Assembly (NCBI GenBank): GCA_048595505.1
Contig: JBJPGG010000004.1
Location: 5,683-69,682, forward strand
Reading direction: 5' to 3'
DNA: 64,000 bases
Source of the DNA: Methylococcaceae bacterium
GTDB taxonomy: Bacteria; Pseudomonadota; Gammaproteobacteria; Methylococcales; Methylomonadaceae
The notes below the pieces were generated by a model that was given only the letters and a program-made list of their open reading frames with translations, searched no databases and was not told the DNA's origin. Position numbers and translations under genes: made by a program. Shown in pieces: positions 26,973 to 41,894 of the stretch. Every line of letters starts with the position of its first letter. Positions within the stretch are counted from its first letter, which is position 1.

Positions 26973-27046
26973 AATAACTTCGTCTACTTGCTAGTACATC
27001 ATTTTTATCATAATAACGGGTAAATTCTGCGCGCGTTCCTGTAAAA

Positions 27047-27895
27047 CTATTCAGGGTAAAAAATTTTAAAAATGGCTTCAAATTCTTCATGCGATTGTTC
27101 TATGATAATACTCATGTCTGCAGTGAGTATTTCTAGGCTATTGATTACCTTATCGCAACACTCGGTATCAATTTTACTGTAACAATCGGCTGTTTTAATG
27201 ATGGATGCAATTTTGTGATAACATTCTGTATTATCAGTGTAAGGGTGCAATCTAATACTTTCAGTAATAATATCAGGAAGTTTCCATAGTTTTGTTAAAG
27301 TAGCACCTGCCTGGTAATGATCAAATCCAATGATATTTTTTTCAAAATTGATTTCATCAATATCCGTTGAATTATTTAAGGGTTGTAGCATCAAACTGAC
27401 TTCTTTTGCTAATTCTGGAATACGCCGAAAAAAAACTAGTTGGCCTATGTTATGCAACAGTCCACAAATAAAAGCAGCCTCTGAAAACTCATTACCTAAA
27501 TGTGCATCAATTTTTTTGGCAATCAGTGCACAGCGTAGGCTTCTTGCCCAATAGTCATGCATAGACATTAACTCCTCTGGTATGTCAGAGAAGCGGTCTA
27601 TGACGACAGTGCTAAGGGTTAGTACTTGTATTTCTTTTATACCTATGATTGACATTGCTCTGTCAATTGAAAGGATTTGTGAGGGAAAGCCATAGTAGGC
27701 ACTATTTACTATTTTTAAAAGCCTTATCGCCAAAGACGGATCTTTTTCAATGACGAACGCTGCATCAACTAATGATTTATTCGGGTCATCCAAAATCTTT
27801 TTTAGTTCAAAATAAATATTGGGTGATGTTGCAAGTTGAAAGTCGCCTTTAAACAGGTCTTCAATGGATAATTCGTGTTGTGGCGGAGTTTGCAT
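27047..27895 (-). CDS. HDOD domain signalling protein
   Basis: 282 aa with the HDOD pattern LKKILDDPNKSLVDAAFVIEKDPSLAIRLLKIVNSAYYGFPSQILSIDRAMSIIGIKEI...GLLHNIG. Confidence 0.9.
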   Translation of the reverse strand: MQTPPQHELSIEDLFKGDFQLATSPNIYFELKKILDDPNKSLVDAAFVIEKDPSLAIRLLKIVNSAYYGFPSQILSIDRAMSIIGIKEIQVLTLSTVVIDRFSDIPEELMSMHDYWARSLRCALIAKKIDAHLGNEFSEAAFICGLLHNIGQLVFFRRIPELAKEVSLMLQPLNNSTDIDEINFEKNIIGFDHYQAGATLTKLWKLPDIITESIRLHPYTDNTECYHKIASIIKTADCYSKIDTECCDKVINSLEILTADMSIIIEQSHEEFEAIFKIFYPE

Positions 27896-28314
27896 AAGTA
27901 ATAATGTTTCTAGTTGGGCATTTTAAATATACTACTGATAAGCTTAACTGTAGACTTTAACCGCTGTATCTACAAGGGTGTGGCCGTTTTTGTTTTTTGA
28001 ATTAGTTATTTTGTGCGTGTATTTTAGAGGTGCAAATTAGGCAATAATTTTAATTATAAAAAAATATGAGTATTGCAGAGCAGGGTTGAATGAAAATAGG
28101 TAGCGTTTAATATGCTGACTATCCATACTGATGATTTACTAGAAACTGGAACTTAGTGGATTTATGAAAATCATAGTGTTTTTTCTAGGTTCAAGGACCT
28201 GAATTAATAATAAGCTAACAGATGAAAATGATCAGCCTGAAAAAGTGGTAAAATTTGTCCTGTTAGCTTCAATTTTGTATCCCGTTTTTTAACCCGTTAA
28301 ATTCGCATCAGTAA

Positions 28315-30651
28315 ATGCCAAAAAAAACCAGAAAAAGTCCTGTTAAAAGAAAAAAAAATATTAAGAAAAAGTCTACACACTGGTTTAAAAAGAGCTTGGT
28401 TTATACTTTGCTACTGTTTGGGTTTGTATTTTTTTCATATATTGGATATTTGGACTATGTTGTTCGCAAACAATTTGAAGGAAAGCGTTGGTCTATTCCT
28501 GCAAGAGTGTATGCCAGTCCGGTTGAAATTTATAGCGGGTATAAGCTGACGGCAGATGAATTTGAAGATTTATTACTGCAATTGCATTACCGTAGGGATT
28601 ACCGCCTTTCATCTGAAGGTACTTATAACAAAAAAGGGCAACAAGTTAATTTAAAAACCAGAGGTTTTAATTTTTGGGATAAACGGCAGGAAAGTCAGCA
28701 ATTGAGAATAAAATTTGCTGATGCTGCTGTGACACAAATTATTAATTTAACAACGTCAAAACAAATGCCAATTGTGAGGATGGATCCCATTCAAATTGGT
28801 AGTTTTTATCCCACCAGAAAAGAAGATCGTGTGCTAATAAAGCTGGAAAATACACCAGATGCATTGATTCAAGGATTAATGGCAACAGAAGACCGGGAGT
28901 TTTATAATCATTTTGGCTTGTCATTTAAAGCGATTGCCAGAGCTTTATGGGTGAATTTTCGTGCGGGTTCAGTGGTACAGGGTGGCAGTACTATTACGCA
29001 ACAATTGGTGAAAAACTTTTACCTTACACCTGAAAGAAGTTTATGGCGTAAAGTGAATGAGGCCTTTATGGCTTTGATCCTAGAGTTTAGGTTTCAGAAA
29101 GATGAAATCCTGGAAGCCTATTTAAATGAAATTTACCTGGGTCAAGATGGAGCAAGTTCAGTTCATGGTTTTGGTCTGGCTGCTGAATTTTATTTTGGCC
29201 GACCTTTAAAAAACCTGCCTTTACATGATATTGCCGGACTGGTTGCTCTGGTTCGTGGTCCTTCCTATTATGATCCAAGGCGACATGCAGACCGTTCTGT
29301 AAAGCGTCGTAATCTGGTATTAGAGGAAATGCATCAGCAAGGTTATATCACTAAAAAGCAAGCGTTAGCCGCTAAACAAGAAAAACTCAGTATTATTTCT
29401 CGTACCCATCGCTCCATTAATCGTTACCCAGGGTTTATGGACTTGGTTAAAAGACAATTAAGACAGGAATATAGAGAAGATGATTTAACTTCTGAAGGGC
29501 TAAGGGTTTTTACCACTCTTGATACCAGAGTGCAGAATATAGTTGAAAATAAGATTACAGTTAAGTTAGAACAATTAGAAAAAAGGCCTAACGCTAGCAA
29601 GCTGGAAACAGCAGTAGTTGTCACACACAGGGAAAGTGGAGAGATTGCTGCATTGGCTGGTGGACGGGATCCTAAAGGCGTTGGATTTAATAGGGCACTG
29701 GATGCAGTTAGACCCATTGGTTCGTTAATAAAGCCGGTGGTTTATTTAACAGCACTGGAATATCCTGATAGATACACAATAAACACAAAAGTCAGTGATA
29801 CCGCAATAGAAATCAAAGGTAAAAATGGTAAGCTATGGCAACCGAAGAACTATGATCGAAAAGAACATGGTGAGGTAGAAATGCACACGGCTTTGACGCA
29901 TTCTTATAATTTGGCAACAGTACGCATAGGGATGGATATTGGTGTAGCCCGAATTGCTAAAACAATAAGGAGTCTGGGGGTTAGCAGGCCGGTTAATTTG
30001 TTTCCTTCTTTATTATTAGGTGCATCCCCCTTGTCACCTCTGGAAGTGACGCAAATGTATCAAACGCTGGCCGGAGATGGTTTTGCTACGCCACTACGTT
30101 CAATACGAGCAGTTATTGCCGCTGATGGGGAAAGGTTACAGAGTTATCCTTATACGGTGAGGCAAACAGTAGACCCTGCTGCAACCTATATTACAAATAA
30201 AATGTTACAACAAGTTATGCATGAGGGGACCGGGCGTTCGGCTTATTTATATATGCCCAAAAATTTTGGTTTAGTTGGTAAAACAGGTACTACCAATGGA
30301 TTAAGAGATAGCTGGTTTGCTGGTTTTAGTGGTGATTATTTGTCTGTCGTCTGGGTTGGTCGAGATGATAACAAACCCGCGGGCTTAACAGGTGCAAGTG
30401 GGGCGTTGCAACTGTGGATTTCTTTGATGAGAAGAATTTCTACTCAACCGGTTTATTTGGTTGCGCCTGATAATATAGAAATGAATTGGGTAGACCCTGT
30501 TAATGGATTGCTTGCTAATGAACAATGTGCAGGAGCTAGGGTATACCCTTTTGTTAGCGGTTCTGGACCCACTATAGATTCTCCTTGTGTTACTACCAAT
30601 GTAAATCGAGCAAAGACTTGGTTTAATGATTTTTTACAAAATAATTTTTAA
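28315..30651 (+). CDS. mrcB: Penicillin-binding protein 1B (bifunctional transglycosylase/transpeptidase)
   Basis: 778 aa with a basic N-terminus plus TM and a UB2H-size insert. Glycosyltransferase motifs EDREFYNH and GGSTITQQL, and transpeptidase motifs SLIKP, SYN and KTGTT, are present. Confidence 0.9.
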   Translation: MPKKTRKSPVKRKKNIKKKSTHWFKKSLVYTLLLFGFVFFSYIGYLDYVVRKQFEGKRWSIPARVYASPVEIYSGYKLTADEFEDLLLQLHYRRDYRLSSEGTYNKKGQQVNLKTRGFNFWDKRQESQQLRIKFADAAVTQIINLTTSKQMPIVRMDPIQIGSFYPTRKEDRVLIKLENTPDALIQGLMATEDREFYNHFGLSFKAIARALWVNFRAGSVVQGGSTITQQLVKNFYLTPERSLWRKVNEAFMALILEFRFQKDEILEAYLNEIYLGQDGASSVHGFGLAAEFYFGRPLKNLPLHDIAGLVALVRGPSYYDPRRHADRSVKRRNLVLEEMHQQGYITKKQALAAKQEKLSIISRTHRSINRYPGFMDLVKRQLRQEYREDDLTSEGLRVFTTLDTRVQNIVENKITVKLEQLEKRPNASKLETAVVVTHRESGEIAALAGGRDPKGVGFNRALDAVRPIGSLIKPVVYLTALEYPDRYTINTKVSDTAIEIKGKNGKLWQPKNYDRKEHGEVEMHTALTHSYNLATVRIGMDIGVARIAKTIRSLGVSRPVNLFPSLLLGASPLSPLEVTQMYQTLAGDGFATPLRSIRAVIAADGERLQSYPYTVRQTVDPAATYITNKMLQQVMHEGTGRSAYLYMPKNFGLVGKTGTTNGLRDSWFAGFSGDYLSVVWVGRDDNKPAGLTGASGALQLWISLMRRISTQPVYLVAPDNIEMNWVDPVNGLLANEQCAGARVYPFVSGSGPTIDSPCVTTNVNRAKTWFNDFLQNNF

Positions 30652-30655
30652 TAAT

Positions 30656-31285
30656 ATGTTTAAAAAAACAGTTGTAAACTTTTCGCTTGTGGTTTTTTTA
30701 ATGACTACAAATACAGTATTTGCAAAACAGACACCACTTGAGCAGTTGAAAGCTTTTTTAGCGAAAACAAGTTCTTTAACTGCCGTGTTTAAACAGGTCG
30801 CTCTGGATGAAAATAATTTTCCAACACAAACAAGCCATGGCATGTTTTATTTAAGCAGGCCGGGTAAATTTCGTTGGAATTACACTAAGCCTTTTATTCA
30901 GGAAATTGTCTCAAATGCAGGCAAAGTCTGGTTCTATGATACAGATTTAGAGCAGGTTACTGTAAAAAAAATGGATGATTCACTAGGTTCCACACCTGCA
31001 TTACTGTTAAGTGGCGATATTGTATTAGAAGAGAAATTTATTGTCGAACAACAAGGGATTGATGAAGATTTGCAATGGATTAAGTTATCCCCTAAAAATG
31101 AAGAAAGTGGTTTTAAATACATACTACTGGGACTTGATGGCGATGTTTTAGGAGGCATGGAGTTAAGTGATAATTTTGGGCAGTTAACAAGGATTTATTT
31201 TTCTGATGTAAAAATAAATCCTCCACTGGAAGATTCATTGTTTGAATTTATTGCGCCAGAAGGTGTTGATATTTTTGAAAATTAA
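30656..31285 (+). CDS. lolA: Outer-membrane lipoprotein carrier protein LolA
   Basis: From ATG 30656 the sequence MFKKTVVNFSLVVFLMTTNTVFA is a signal peptide. F.Q......GMFYLSRPGKFRW.Y..P..Q..VS.G..VW.YD..LEQV is a LolA pattern. The lolA-rarA adjacency matches E. coli. Confidence 0.85.
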   Translation: MFKKTVVNFSLVVFLMTTNTVFAKQTPLEQLKAFLAKTSSLTAVFKQVALDENNFPTQTSHGMFYLSRPGKFRWNYTKPFIQEIVSNAGKVWFYDTDLEQVTVKKMDDSLGSTPALLLSGDIVLEEKFIVEQQGIDEDLQWIKLSPKNEESGFKYILLGLDGDVLGGMELSDNFGQLTRIYFSDVKINPPLEDSLFEFIAPEGVDIFEN

Positions 31286-31304
31286 ATTTTTTTAAAAGCT
31301 GATT

Positions 31305-32615
31305 ATGTTTGATGATATGACGAAACCGCTTGCAGACAGAATGAGGCCGGTTTCTTTAGCAGATTACATAGGCCAAAAACATATTTTAAAACCAGGGAAA
31401 CCTCTTTATGAGGCTGTCTCAACAGGGCGATTGCACTCGATGATATTTTGGGGGCCACCCGGGACGGGTAAAACAACACTGGCAAGAATGATAGCACAGC
31501 ATTCGGACGCTGAATTTATGCCAATATCTGCAGTTCTGGCTGGGGTAAAAGATATACGGGCAGCAGTTGCGGAAGCCAAGAAAATACAGCTGGAACAAAA
31601 CAGGCGGACTATTTTGTTTGTAGATGAAGTTCACCGCTTTAACAAATCCCAGCAAGACGCTTTTTTACCCCACGTAGAAGATGGGACCGTCTATTTTATT
31701 GGGGCTACTACTGAAAATCCATCGTTTGCTCTCAATAATGCGTTGCTATCCAGAGCTAGAGTTTATGTCCTAAATTCATTAACAACTGATGATTTAATCG
31801 ATGTGCTAAACAAAGCGTTATCTAATAAAGATAATGGCTTGGCAGGGTCAGGTATAACTATTGCTGAAGATTTGAAGCAGCAATTTGCCCTGGTAGCAGA
31901 TGGAGATGCCCGGCGTTTATTGAATTTATTGGAAATTGCAGCTGAACTTGCTGCAGCCAAGGACAGTCAAATAATAAGCGAAGAAATTTCTCAGGAAGTG
32001 TTGTCTGGTGGTGTGCGACGGTTTGATCAGCAGGGTGAAGAGTTTTATAACCAGATCTCAGCATTCCATAAGTCGGTGAGAGGCAGTTCTCCTGATGCTG
32101 CGCTATACTGGTTGTGCAGAATGATAGATGGGGGCTGTGATTTAGCTTATCTGGCAAGAAGAATTGTCAGAATAGCTTCGGAAGACATAGGTAATGCTGA
32201 CCCTAGGGCATTGGAAGTGACTATTAATGCCTGGGAAGCACAGGAGCGTTTAGGTAGTCCAGAGGGGGAGCTAGCATTAGCACAGGCGGTTGTTTATTTA
32301 GCTTGTGCGCCAAAAAGTAATGCTGTTTATATGGCTTATAATGCGGCTATGCGAGAGGTAAAGCAAAGTGGAAGTTTAGGGGTGCCACTTCATTTAAGAA
32401 ATGCACCAACAAAACTCATGAAAGCTTTAGATTATAAAAAAGATTATCGATATGCGCATAATGAGCCGGAAGCTTATGCTGCTGGAGAAAATTATTTTCC
32501 TGATGAATTATCAGGAACACAATATTATTTTCCGGTTAAACGAGGATTGGAGATAAAAATTTCTGAAAAGTTGGCACATCTGAAGGAATTAGATAGTAAA
32601 ACCATGAAAAAGTAG
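31305..32615 (+). CDS. rarA: Replication-associated recombination protein A (AAA+ ATPase)
   Basis: 436 aa with LADRMRP, Walker A GPPGTGKTT, Walker B LFVDEVHRFNK and the MgsA C-terminal domain (AFHKS.RGS.PDAALYW..RM). Confidence 0.95.
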   Translation: MFDDMTKPLADRMRPVSLADYIGQKHILKPGKPLYEAVSTGRLHSMIFWGPPGTGKTTLARMIAQHSDAEFMPISAVLAGVKDIRAAVAEAKKIQLEQNRRTILFVDEVHRFNKSQQDAFLPHVEDGTVYFIGATTENPSFALNNALLSRARVYVLNSLTTDDLIDVLNKALSNKDNGLAGSGITIAEDLKQQFALVADGDARRLLNLLEIAAELAAAKDSQIISEEISQEVLSGGVRRFDQQGEEFYNQISAFHKSVRGSSPDAALYWLCRMIDGGCDLAYLARRIVRIASEDIGNADPRALEVTINAWEAQERLGSPEGELALAQAVVYLACAPKSNAVYMAYNAAMREVKQSGSLGVPLHLRNAPTKLMKALDYKKDYRYAHNEPEAYAAGENYFPDELSGTQYYFPVKRGLEIKISEKLAHLKELDSKTMKK

Positions 32616-32786
32616 AGTAAATACGCAAATCATACAATCAAATTAATGTTCTTAGGAACGCTAGAGGTATTATTTATAGACTGCTAAATAAAATTTTCTG
32701 TCAGTTTTGTTGAAATTATTTAGAATTAATTTCAGTTTTTCTATAGAATCTCTTAATTGATTAATAAACTTAATTTCCGGGTTTCT

Positions 32787-33755
32787 ATGGATCTAAAATT
32801 TCTAGACTTCGAACAACCTATCGCTGAACTTGAAGCGAAAATAGTTGAACTCCGTAAAGTGGAGTTTGATAATGACATAAATATTTCTGACACGCTTACG
32901 CAGCTGGAAGAAAAAAGAGAGCGGTTAACTGAATCAATTTTTTCTGCTTTGAGTGACTGGCAGATTTCTCAGTTATCTCGTCATCCAGAGCGGCCGTACA
33001 CTCTGGACTATATAGAGCATATGTTCACTGATTTTCATGAATTGCATGGCGATAGAGCTTATGCTGATGATCCAGCGATAGTCTGTGGATTGGCTAGGTT
33101 AGAAGGCCAGTCAATAATGGTTATCGGACATCAAAAAGGGCGGGACACTAAAGAGAAAATTTATCGTAATTTTGGTATGCCACGTCCTGAGGGTTACCGA
33201 AAAGCGTTACGGATGATGAAAATGGCAGAACGTTTTGGCTTGCCCATTATTTGTTTAATTGATACGCCAGGGGCTTATCCAGGGATTGGTGCCGAAGAAC
33301 GTGGGCAAAGTGAAGCGATTGCCAGAAATTTATTTGAAATGTCTAAATTAAAAACACCTGTTATCTGTACCGTTATTGGTGAAGGGGGTTCAGGTGGAGC
33401 CTTGGCGATTGGCGTGGGTGATCGCTTGATTATGCTGGAATACAGTACTTATGCGGTGATTTCTCCGGAAGGCTGTGCTTCTATATTATGGAAAAGTGCA
33501 GAAAAATCACAATTGGCTGCAGATGCGATGGGCATAACATCAGACCGGGTGCGAGAACAAGGCTTTTTAGATGAAGTGATTCGTGAGCCATTGGGTGGGG
33601 GGCATCGTGATTATCAGAAGATTGCATTAAGTTTGCGGGAAACACTGATTAGACATTTGGATGAGTTAAAACAACAAGATTTGGATGAATTAGTGAGCAA
33701 ACGCTATCAACGTATTATGCATTATGGTTCATATACAGAAGATGCTGTGAAATAA
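32787..33755 (+). CDS. accA: Acetyl-CoA carboxylase carboxyltransferase alpha subunit
   Basis: From ATG 32787, [19 protein letters not shown]... is collinear with E. coli AccA throughout ([32 protein letters not shown]). Confidence 0.96.
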   Translation: MDLKFLDFEQPIAELEAKIVELRKVEFDNDINISDTLTQLEEKRERLTESIFSALSDWQISQLSRHPERPYTLDYIEHMFTDFHELHGDRAYADDPAIVCGLARLEGQSIMVIGHQKGRDTKEKIYRNFGMPRPEGYRKALRMMKMAERFGLPIICLIDTPGAYPGIGAEERGQSEAIARNLFEMSKLKTPVICTVIGEGGSGGALAIGVGDRLIMLEYSTYAVISPEGCASILWKSAEKSQLAADAMGITSDRVREQGFLDEVIREPLGGGHRDYQKIALSLRETLIRHLDELKQQDLDELVSKRYQRIMHYGSYTEDAVK

Positions 33756-33781
33756 TTTTTTCACTAACTATGATTTTTAAA

Positions 33782-33801
33782 AGACCGACTCATGTCGGTC
33801 T
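33782..33801 (+). terminator. Hairpin after accA (possible terminator or attenuator) overlapping the first candidate tilS ATG
   Basis: Stem AGACCGAC (33782-33789) / GTCGGTCT (33794-33801) with loop TCAT, followed by ATTTCATGTT, which is only a weak U-tract. Confidence 0.4.
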
Positions 33802-33806
33802 ATTTC

Positions 33807-35138
33807 ATGTTGACTCCTGATAATATAATTTCTGTATTACCTCCGCAAACTGAACGGGTTATTATTGCCTATAGTGGCGGTATAGACTCTCATGTGTTGC
33901 TACACTTAGCTGCTTCAATTTCAGACATAAAATCAAAAATAACGGCTATCTATGTGCATCATGGTCTGCAAAGTGATGCAGATTTATGGGAGAAACATTG
34001 TGAAGCAGTGTGTTTGGCTTTAAACGTCAGGTATAAGTGTCTGAAGGTTAATGCCCAAAAGGTTGTGGGCCAAAGTCCGGAAGAAGTTGCCCGAGACCAG
34101 CGTTATCAGGCATTTAAAAAAATAGTGGCTAACAATGATGTGCTGTTGTTAGCCCAGCATCGCGAAGATCAAATGGAAACGGTGTTGTTGCAATTGTTTC
34201 GGGGAGCTGGTGTGCAGGGACTTTCAGGTATGCCATTAAGCATAGCTTTTGGGCATGGGCTAATGTGTCGTCCATTTCTTGATGTCCCAAAACAGCTGAT
34301 TAATGAGTATGCAGATGAAAATCAGCTGTGTTGGGTTGAAGACCCCAGTAATAAAAGTAATGATTTTGATCGTAACTTATTGCGTAATCAAATTTTGCCG
34401 CAATTAAAAAAACGATGGCCGGCATTAGATAAAACTATAGCGCGTTCAGCCAGACATTGTGCAACCAGCCATGAGTTATCTCAAGATATAGCACAGAAAT
34501 TATTGAATAGCGTTTGTGATAAGGCTGATGAAACGCTATCTATCAGTCAATTACTTGAGTTGGAAGTTAATAAACAACAATTGGTGATTAGACAGTGGTT
34601 TACAAATCAATGTTTAAGAATGCCATCAGAAAAAATGTTGCAAAGAATTATAAATGAAGTTGTTGCAGCTAAACAATCTGCAAATCCTATGGTTCAAGGG
34701 CGTGATTATTGTATTAGACGTTATCGGGATAAATTATATTGTTTAAAAGAATTTTATGATGATCAATTGCTGCAAGAAAAAAAATGGCCAACAAGTTTAA
34801 AGCAATTGGGTTTGGGTGGCGGGCAAGTCTTAGCAGTTAAAGATGCGGCGGAAGGGATCTTAAAAGAATTGTGGGATAATTCAGAGGTGTCTGTACGATT
34901 TCGAAAAGGTGCAGAGAAAATCAGCTTGCCAGGAAGGCGTGGCCATCATACGCTTAAAAATTTATTCCAGGAAAAAGCAATCCCACCTTGGGAAAGAAAT
35001 AATATTCCGCTAATTTATTTAAATGATGATTTGGCCGCTGTTACTGGCTTATGGATTAGTGCAGATTTTTATAGTATTGATAGTGGGCCATGTTATCAAA
35101 TTTTATTGTTGAAAAAACAACAAAAAACGGAAAAATAA
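33807..35138 (+). CDS. tilS: tRNA(Ile)-lysidine synthetase
   Basis: PP-loop SGGIDSHVLLH and a TilS C-terminal domain. It follows accA as in E. coli. The start is either ATG 33807 or ATG 33792, and the latter lies inside the hairpin. Confidence 0.9.
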   Translation: MLTPDNIISVLPPQTERVIIAYSGGIDSHVLLHLAASISDIKSKITAIYVHHGLQSDADLWEKHCEAVCLALNVRYKCLKVNAQKVVGQSPEEVARDQRYQAFKKIVANNDVLLLAQHREDQMETVLLQLFRGAGVQGLSGMPLSIAFGHGLMCRPFLDVPKQLINEYADENQLCWVEDPSNKSNDFDRNLLRNQILPQLKKRWPALDKTIARSARHCATSHELSQDIAQKLLNSVCDKADETLSISQLLELEVNKQQLVIRQWFTNQCLRMPSEKMLQRIINEVVAAKQSANPMVQGRDYCIRRYRDKLYCLKEFYDDQLLQEKKWPTSLKQLGLGGGQVLAVKDAAEGILKELWDNSEVSVRFRKGAEKISLPGRRGHHTLKNLFQEKAIPPWERNNIPLIYLNDDLAAVTGLWISADFYSIDSGPCYQILLLKKQQKTEK

Positions 35139-35211
35139 TAGTAAGAATGATAGAATTACCGGTTTTAAGTTTATTTTATAGCTGATTAGGCATGGGCAGA
35201 ATCTTACTTAG

Positions 35212-38965
<3,754 letters not shown>

Positions 38966-39004
38966 GAGCAGGTTAAAGGTAAGGTATAAGGAAAAAAGTA
39001 GTTC

Positions 39005-39029
39005 CGTTCCCATGCTTTGCGTGGGAACG
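39005..39029 (+). terminator. Hairpin downstream of eno (weak terminator candidate)
   Basis: 8-bp stem CGTTCCCA (39005-39012) / TGGGAACG (39022-39029) with a 9-nt loop. Only TT follows, so termination efficiency is uncertain. Confidence 0.35.
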
Positions 39030-39092
39030 TTCAAGCTGATGCAGGAGTAGCTATTTATGCAGTCTCATATAGAACGTGAGAACGAAAAAAAA

Positions 39093-39371
39093 ATGGTGCT
39101 TTTTAAAGTTCTTATCGTGATTCTTTTTTTATTTATTATTTTGCTGCAATATCGCTTATGGTTTGGTGATGGCAGTGTTCAGCTAGTTCAGGAATACCGG
39201 CAACGTCTGGATGTACTTAAAAATGAAGCCCAAGAGAAAAGAGAGCGCAATGATGATTTATATGCTGAAGTGCTTGATTTAAGAAAAGGAGAGGAAGCGA
39301 TAGAGGAAAGAGCTCGCTATGAATTAGGGATGATTAAAGAAAATGAAACATTTTTTCAAGTGATTGAATAA
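39093..39371 (+). CDS. ftsB: Cell division protein FtsB
   Basis: From ATG 39093, MVLFKVLIVILFLFIILLQYRLWFG... and EERARYELGMIKENETFFQV parallel E. coli FtsB. The track ORF starts 12 codons earlier. Confidence 0.88.
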   Translation: MVLFKVLIVILFLFIILLQYRLWFGDGSVQLVQEYRQRLDVLKNEAQEKRERNDDLYAEVLDLRKGEEAIEERARYELGMIKENETFFQVIE

Positions 39372-39480
39372 TTATTTGATTTAACTTAGGTAGGTTGAGA
39401 AAAATGATTTTGCTCAACACGACGATTTTAATATTGGGCCTCGTCACTATCTTTCTTTGCCCAACTTAATCTTATATCCT

Positions 39481-40176
39481 ATGACAAAGTCCTTAAAATA
39501 TTGGGCTGTTGTTCCTGCTGCCGGTGTAGGCAAAAGAATGCAAGCCGACAGACCCAAGCAATATCTTCCCCTTGCTGGTAAAACAGTAATAGAACAAACT
39601 TTGGCACGTTTATTACAAGCTGATGTTTTCTCCGCCATAGCGGTCGCTATTTCCAAAGAAGATCCTTATTGGCCTACGCTAGATTGTTCTAGTCATAATA
39701 AAGTGATGACTGCCGCTGGTGGAAAAGAAAGAGCGGACTCAGTCTTGTCTGCCTTAAAAGCATTGAGAGAACATGCCTCAGATAATGATTGGGTGTTGGT
39801 GCATGATGCAGCAAGGCCCTGTTTAACCAAGTCAGACATTCATTTGTTGATCGATACCCTAAAAGATGATGATGTGGGTGGGATATTAGCTTTATCCTCG
39901 CATGATACATTGAAAAATGTAGAGGGATTGAACATTACCGATACAATAGATAGAAGTCTTATCTGGCGGGCATTAACTCCACAGATGTTTCGTTATGGTA
40001 TGTTAAAGCAGGCGCTTGAAGAGGCAGAAGGTAATCCTGCGATTACTGATGAAGCCAGTGCACTGGAAATTCAGGGCTTACAACCAAAAATAGTTGAAGG
40101 TCGTCCTGATAACATAAAAATTACCCGTCCTGAAGATTTAGATTTAGCACAGTTTTATATGGAGCATCAAGTATGA
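39481..40176 (+). CDS. ispD: 2-C-methyl-D-erythritol 4-phosphate cytidylyltransferase
   Basis: From ATG 39481, ...[12 protein letters not shown]...PKQYL and VLVHDAARP are present. A 4-nt overlap links it to ispF. Confidence 0.93.
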   Translation: MTKSLKYWAVVPAAGVGKRMQADRPKQYLPLAGKTVIEQTLARLLQADVFSAIAVAISKEDPYWPTLDCSSHNKVMTAAGGKERADSVLSALKALREHASDNDWVLVHDAARPCLTKSDIHLLIDTLKDDDVGGILALSSHDTLKNVEGLNITDTIDRSLIWRALTPQMFRYGMLKQALEEAEGNPAITDEASALEIQGLQPKIVEGRPDNIKITRPEDLDLAQFYMEHQV

Positions 40177-40646
40177 TTAGAATAGGCCAAGGTTATGATG
40201 TACATCGCTTTATTGATGAAGGTGAGGTGATTTTAGGCGGTGTCACTATTGATTATGAAAAAGGGCTGGAAGCCCATTCAGATGGTGATGTGGTTTTACA
40301 TGCCTTATCTGATGCATTGTTAGGCGCAGCAGCTTTGGGGGATATAGGAAAACATTTTCCTGATACAGACCCTGAATTTAAAGGGGCTGATAGCCGGGTT
40401 TTGTTACGACATGTATACGGAATAGTGCTAGATATGGGCTATAAACTGGTTAATGCGGATATTACTATCATTGCTCAAGCACCCAAAATGGCACCTCATA
40501 TTGCAGCTATGTGTTGCAATATTTCCAAGGATTTAGAGGTTGAAACTGATTGTATTAATGTCAAAGCAACAACAACAGAAAAGTTGGGATTTGAAGGTCG
40601 TAAAGAGGGAATTGCAGTGCAGGCGGTGGTGTTGATTGAAAAATAG
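40173..40646 (+). CDS. ispF: 2-C-methyl-D-erythritol 2,4-cyclodiphosphate synthase
   Basis: 157 aa with [30 protein letters not shown] and [10 protein letters not shown]. Confidence 0.96.
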   Translation: MIRIGQGYDVHRFIDEGEVILGGVTIDYEKGLEAHSDGDVVLHALSDALLGAAALGDIGKHFPDTDPEFKGADSRVLLRHVYGIVLDMGYKLVNADITIIAQAPKMAPHIAAMCCNISKDLEVETDCINVKATTTEKLGFEGRKEGIAVQAVVLIEK

Positions 40647-40728
40647 TATTGATGCTTCTACTTCTAAGTAGCACAGAAAACTCACATTAATTCCCTCTTT
40701 TCTATAGGGATGAACTATATTTATAGCA

Positions 40729-41775
40729 ATGTCTAATCATCAATCAAACATTGAAATTCCTATATGGGCCTTTGTATATGGTGGTCCAAATGGTACGGGA
40801 AAAATTAAAACAATCCCTGACGATTTTATTGTCGAAGAACAGTTACCTTTTCAACCTGAAGGGTCAGGAGAACATGTTTTTCTACAAATAGAAAAATGTG
40901 GTGAAAACACTGAGTATGTGGCTAGATTACTTGCCCGGTTTGCAGGTGTAAGGCAGCGTGATGTCAGTTATGCGGGATTAAAGGACCGGCATGCCAGAAC
41001 CACGCAATGGTTTAGTGTTTGGTTGCCAGGAAAAGATGCCCCTGATTGGCAACAAATTGAAACAGAAAATATTAAAGTAGTGCAAGCTCAGCGCCATGCC
41101 AGGAAGCTAAAACGTGGTGTGTTATCCGGAAATAAATTCAACATAAAGATAAGAGAGTGGCTGGGTGATAAGGCAAAGATTGATGCGCAACTGCAACAGA
41201 TAAAAATGGAGGGAATTCCTAATTATTTTGGCGTACAGAGGTTTGGACATCAAGGACAAAATGTTAATAAGGCCTTGGCTTTATTTCAAGGGGCAAAAGC
41301 AAAACGTGAACAACGCAGTATTTATTTATCTGCAGCGCGTTCTTATTTGTTTAATCAGCTTTTGGCTAAAAGAATATTAGCTAATACTTGGAATCAGGCT
41401 GTTGCTGGTGATGTGTTTGTTTTTGATCAGTCGAATAGTTATTTTAAAACGGATCAGCCTGATGCTTCTGTTAAAGAACGAATAAATGCTGGTGAAATTC
41501 ATCCGACAGGGATGATGTTTGGGAAAGGAGAAAGAGAAACCAAAGCGATTGCATTGGAAATTGAAGACTCCATTATTAATAATAATCCATCATTGGCAGA
41601 AGGACTTATTCAATATGATTTGAAGGGTGCACGGAGACCATTGCGGGTATTAGTGGGTGATTTGCAGTGGGATTTTATTTCGGATTCAGAAATGATCTTA
41701 AGTTTCTCCTTGTCTGCAGGGAGTTATGCAACATCATTATTAAGGGAATTAGTAAAGATTGATAGCAACAAATAG
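40729..41775 (+). CDS. truD: tRNA pseudouridine(13) synthase
   Basis: 348 aa with the catalytic-Asp segment YAGLKDRHARTTQWFS and NYFG.QRFG. It is in the ispDF-truD order. Confidence 0.9.
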   Translation: MSNHQSNIEIPIWAFVYGGPNGTGKIKTIPDDFIVEEQLPFQPEGSGEHVFLQIEKCGENTEYVARLLARFAGVRQRDVSYAGLKDRHARTTQWFSVWLPGKDAPDWQQIETENIKVVQAQRHARKLKRGVLSGNKFNIKIREWLGDKAKIDAQLQQIKMEGIPNYFGVQRFGHQGQNVNKALALFQGAKAKREQRSIYLSAARSYLFNQLLAKRILANTWNQAVAGDVFVFDQSNSYFKTDQPDASVKERINAGEIHPTGMMFGKGERETKAIALEIEDSIINNNPSLAEGLIQYDLKGARRPLRVLVGDLQWDFISDSEMILSFSLSAGSYATSLLRELVKIDSNK

Positions 41776-41894
41776 TGTTGCTGCTAGGTGTTATAAAAAC
41801 CATCAGTTTATAATACAAGGCAGGCTAATTGATTTTTAACAATAACAAGTGAATTTTATTATCGCATCCGTAAAGGTTTGCCAGGAGATTAAAA

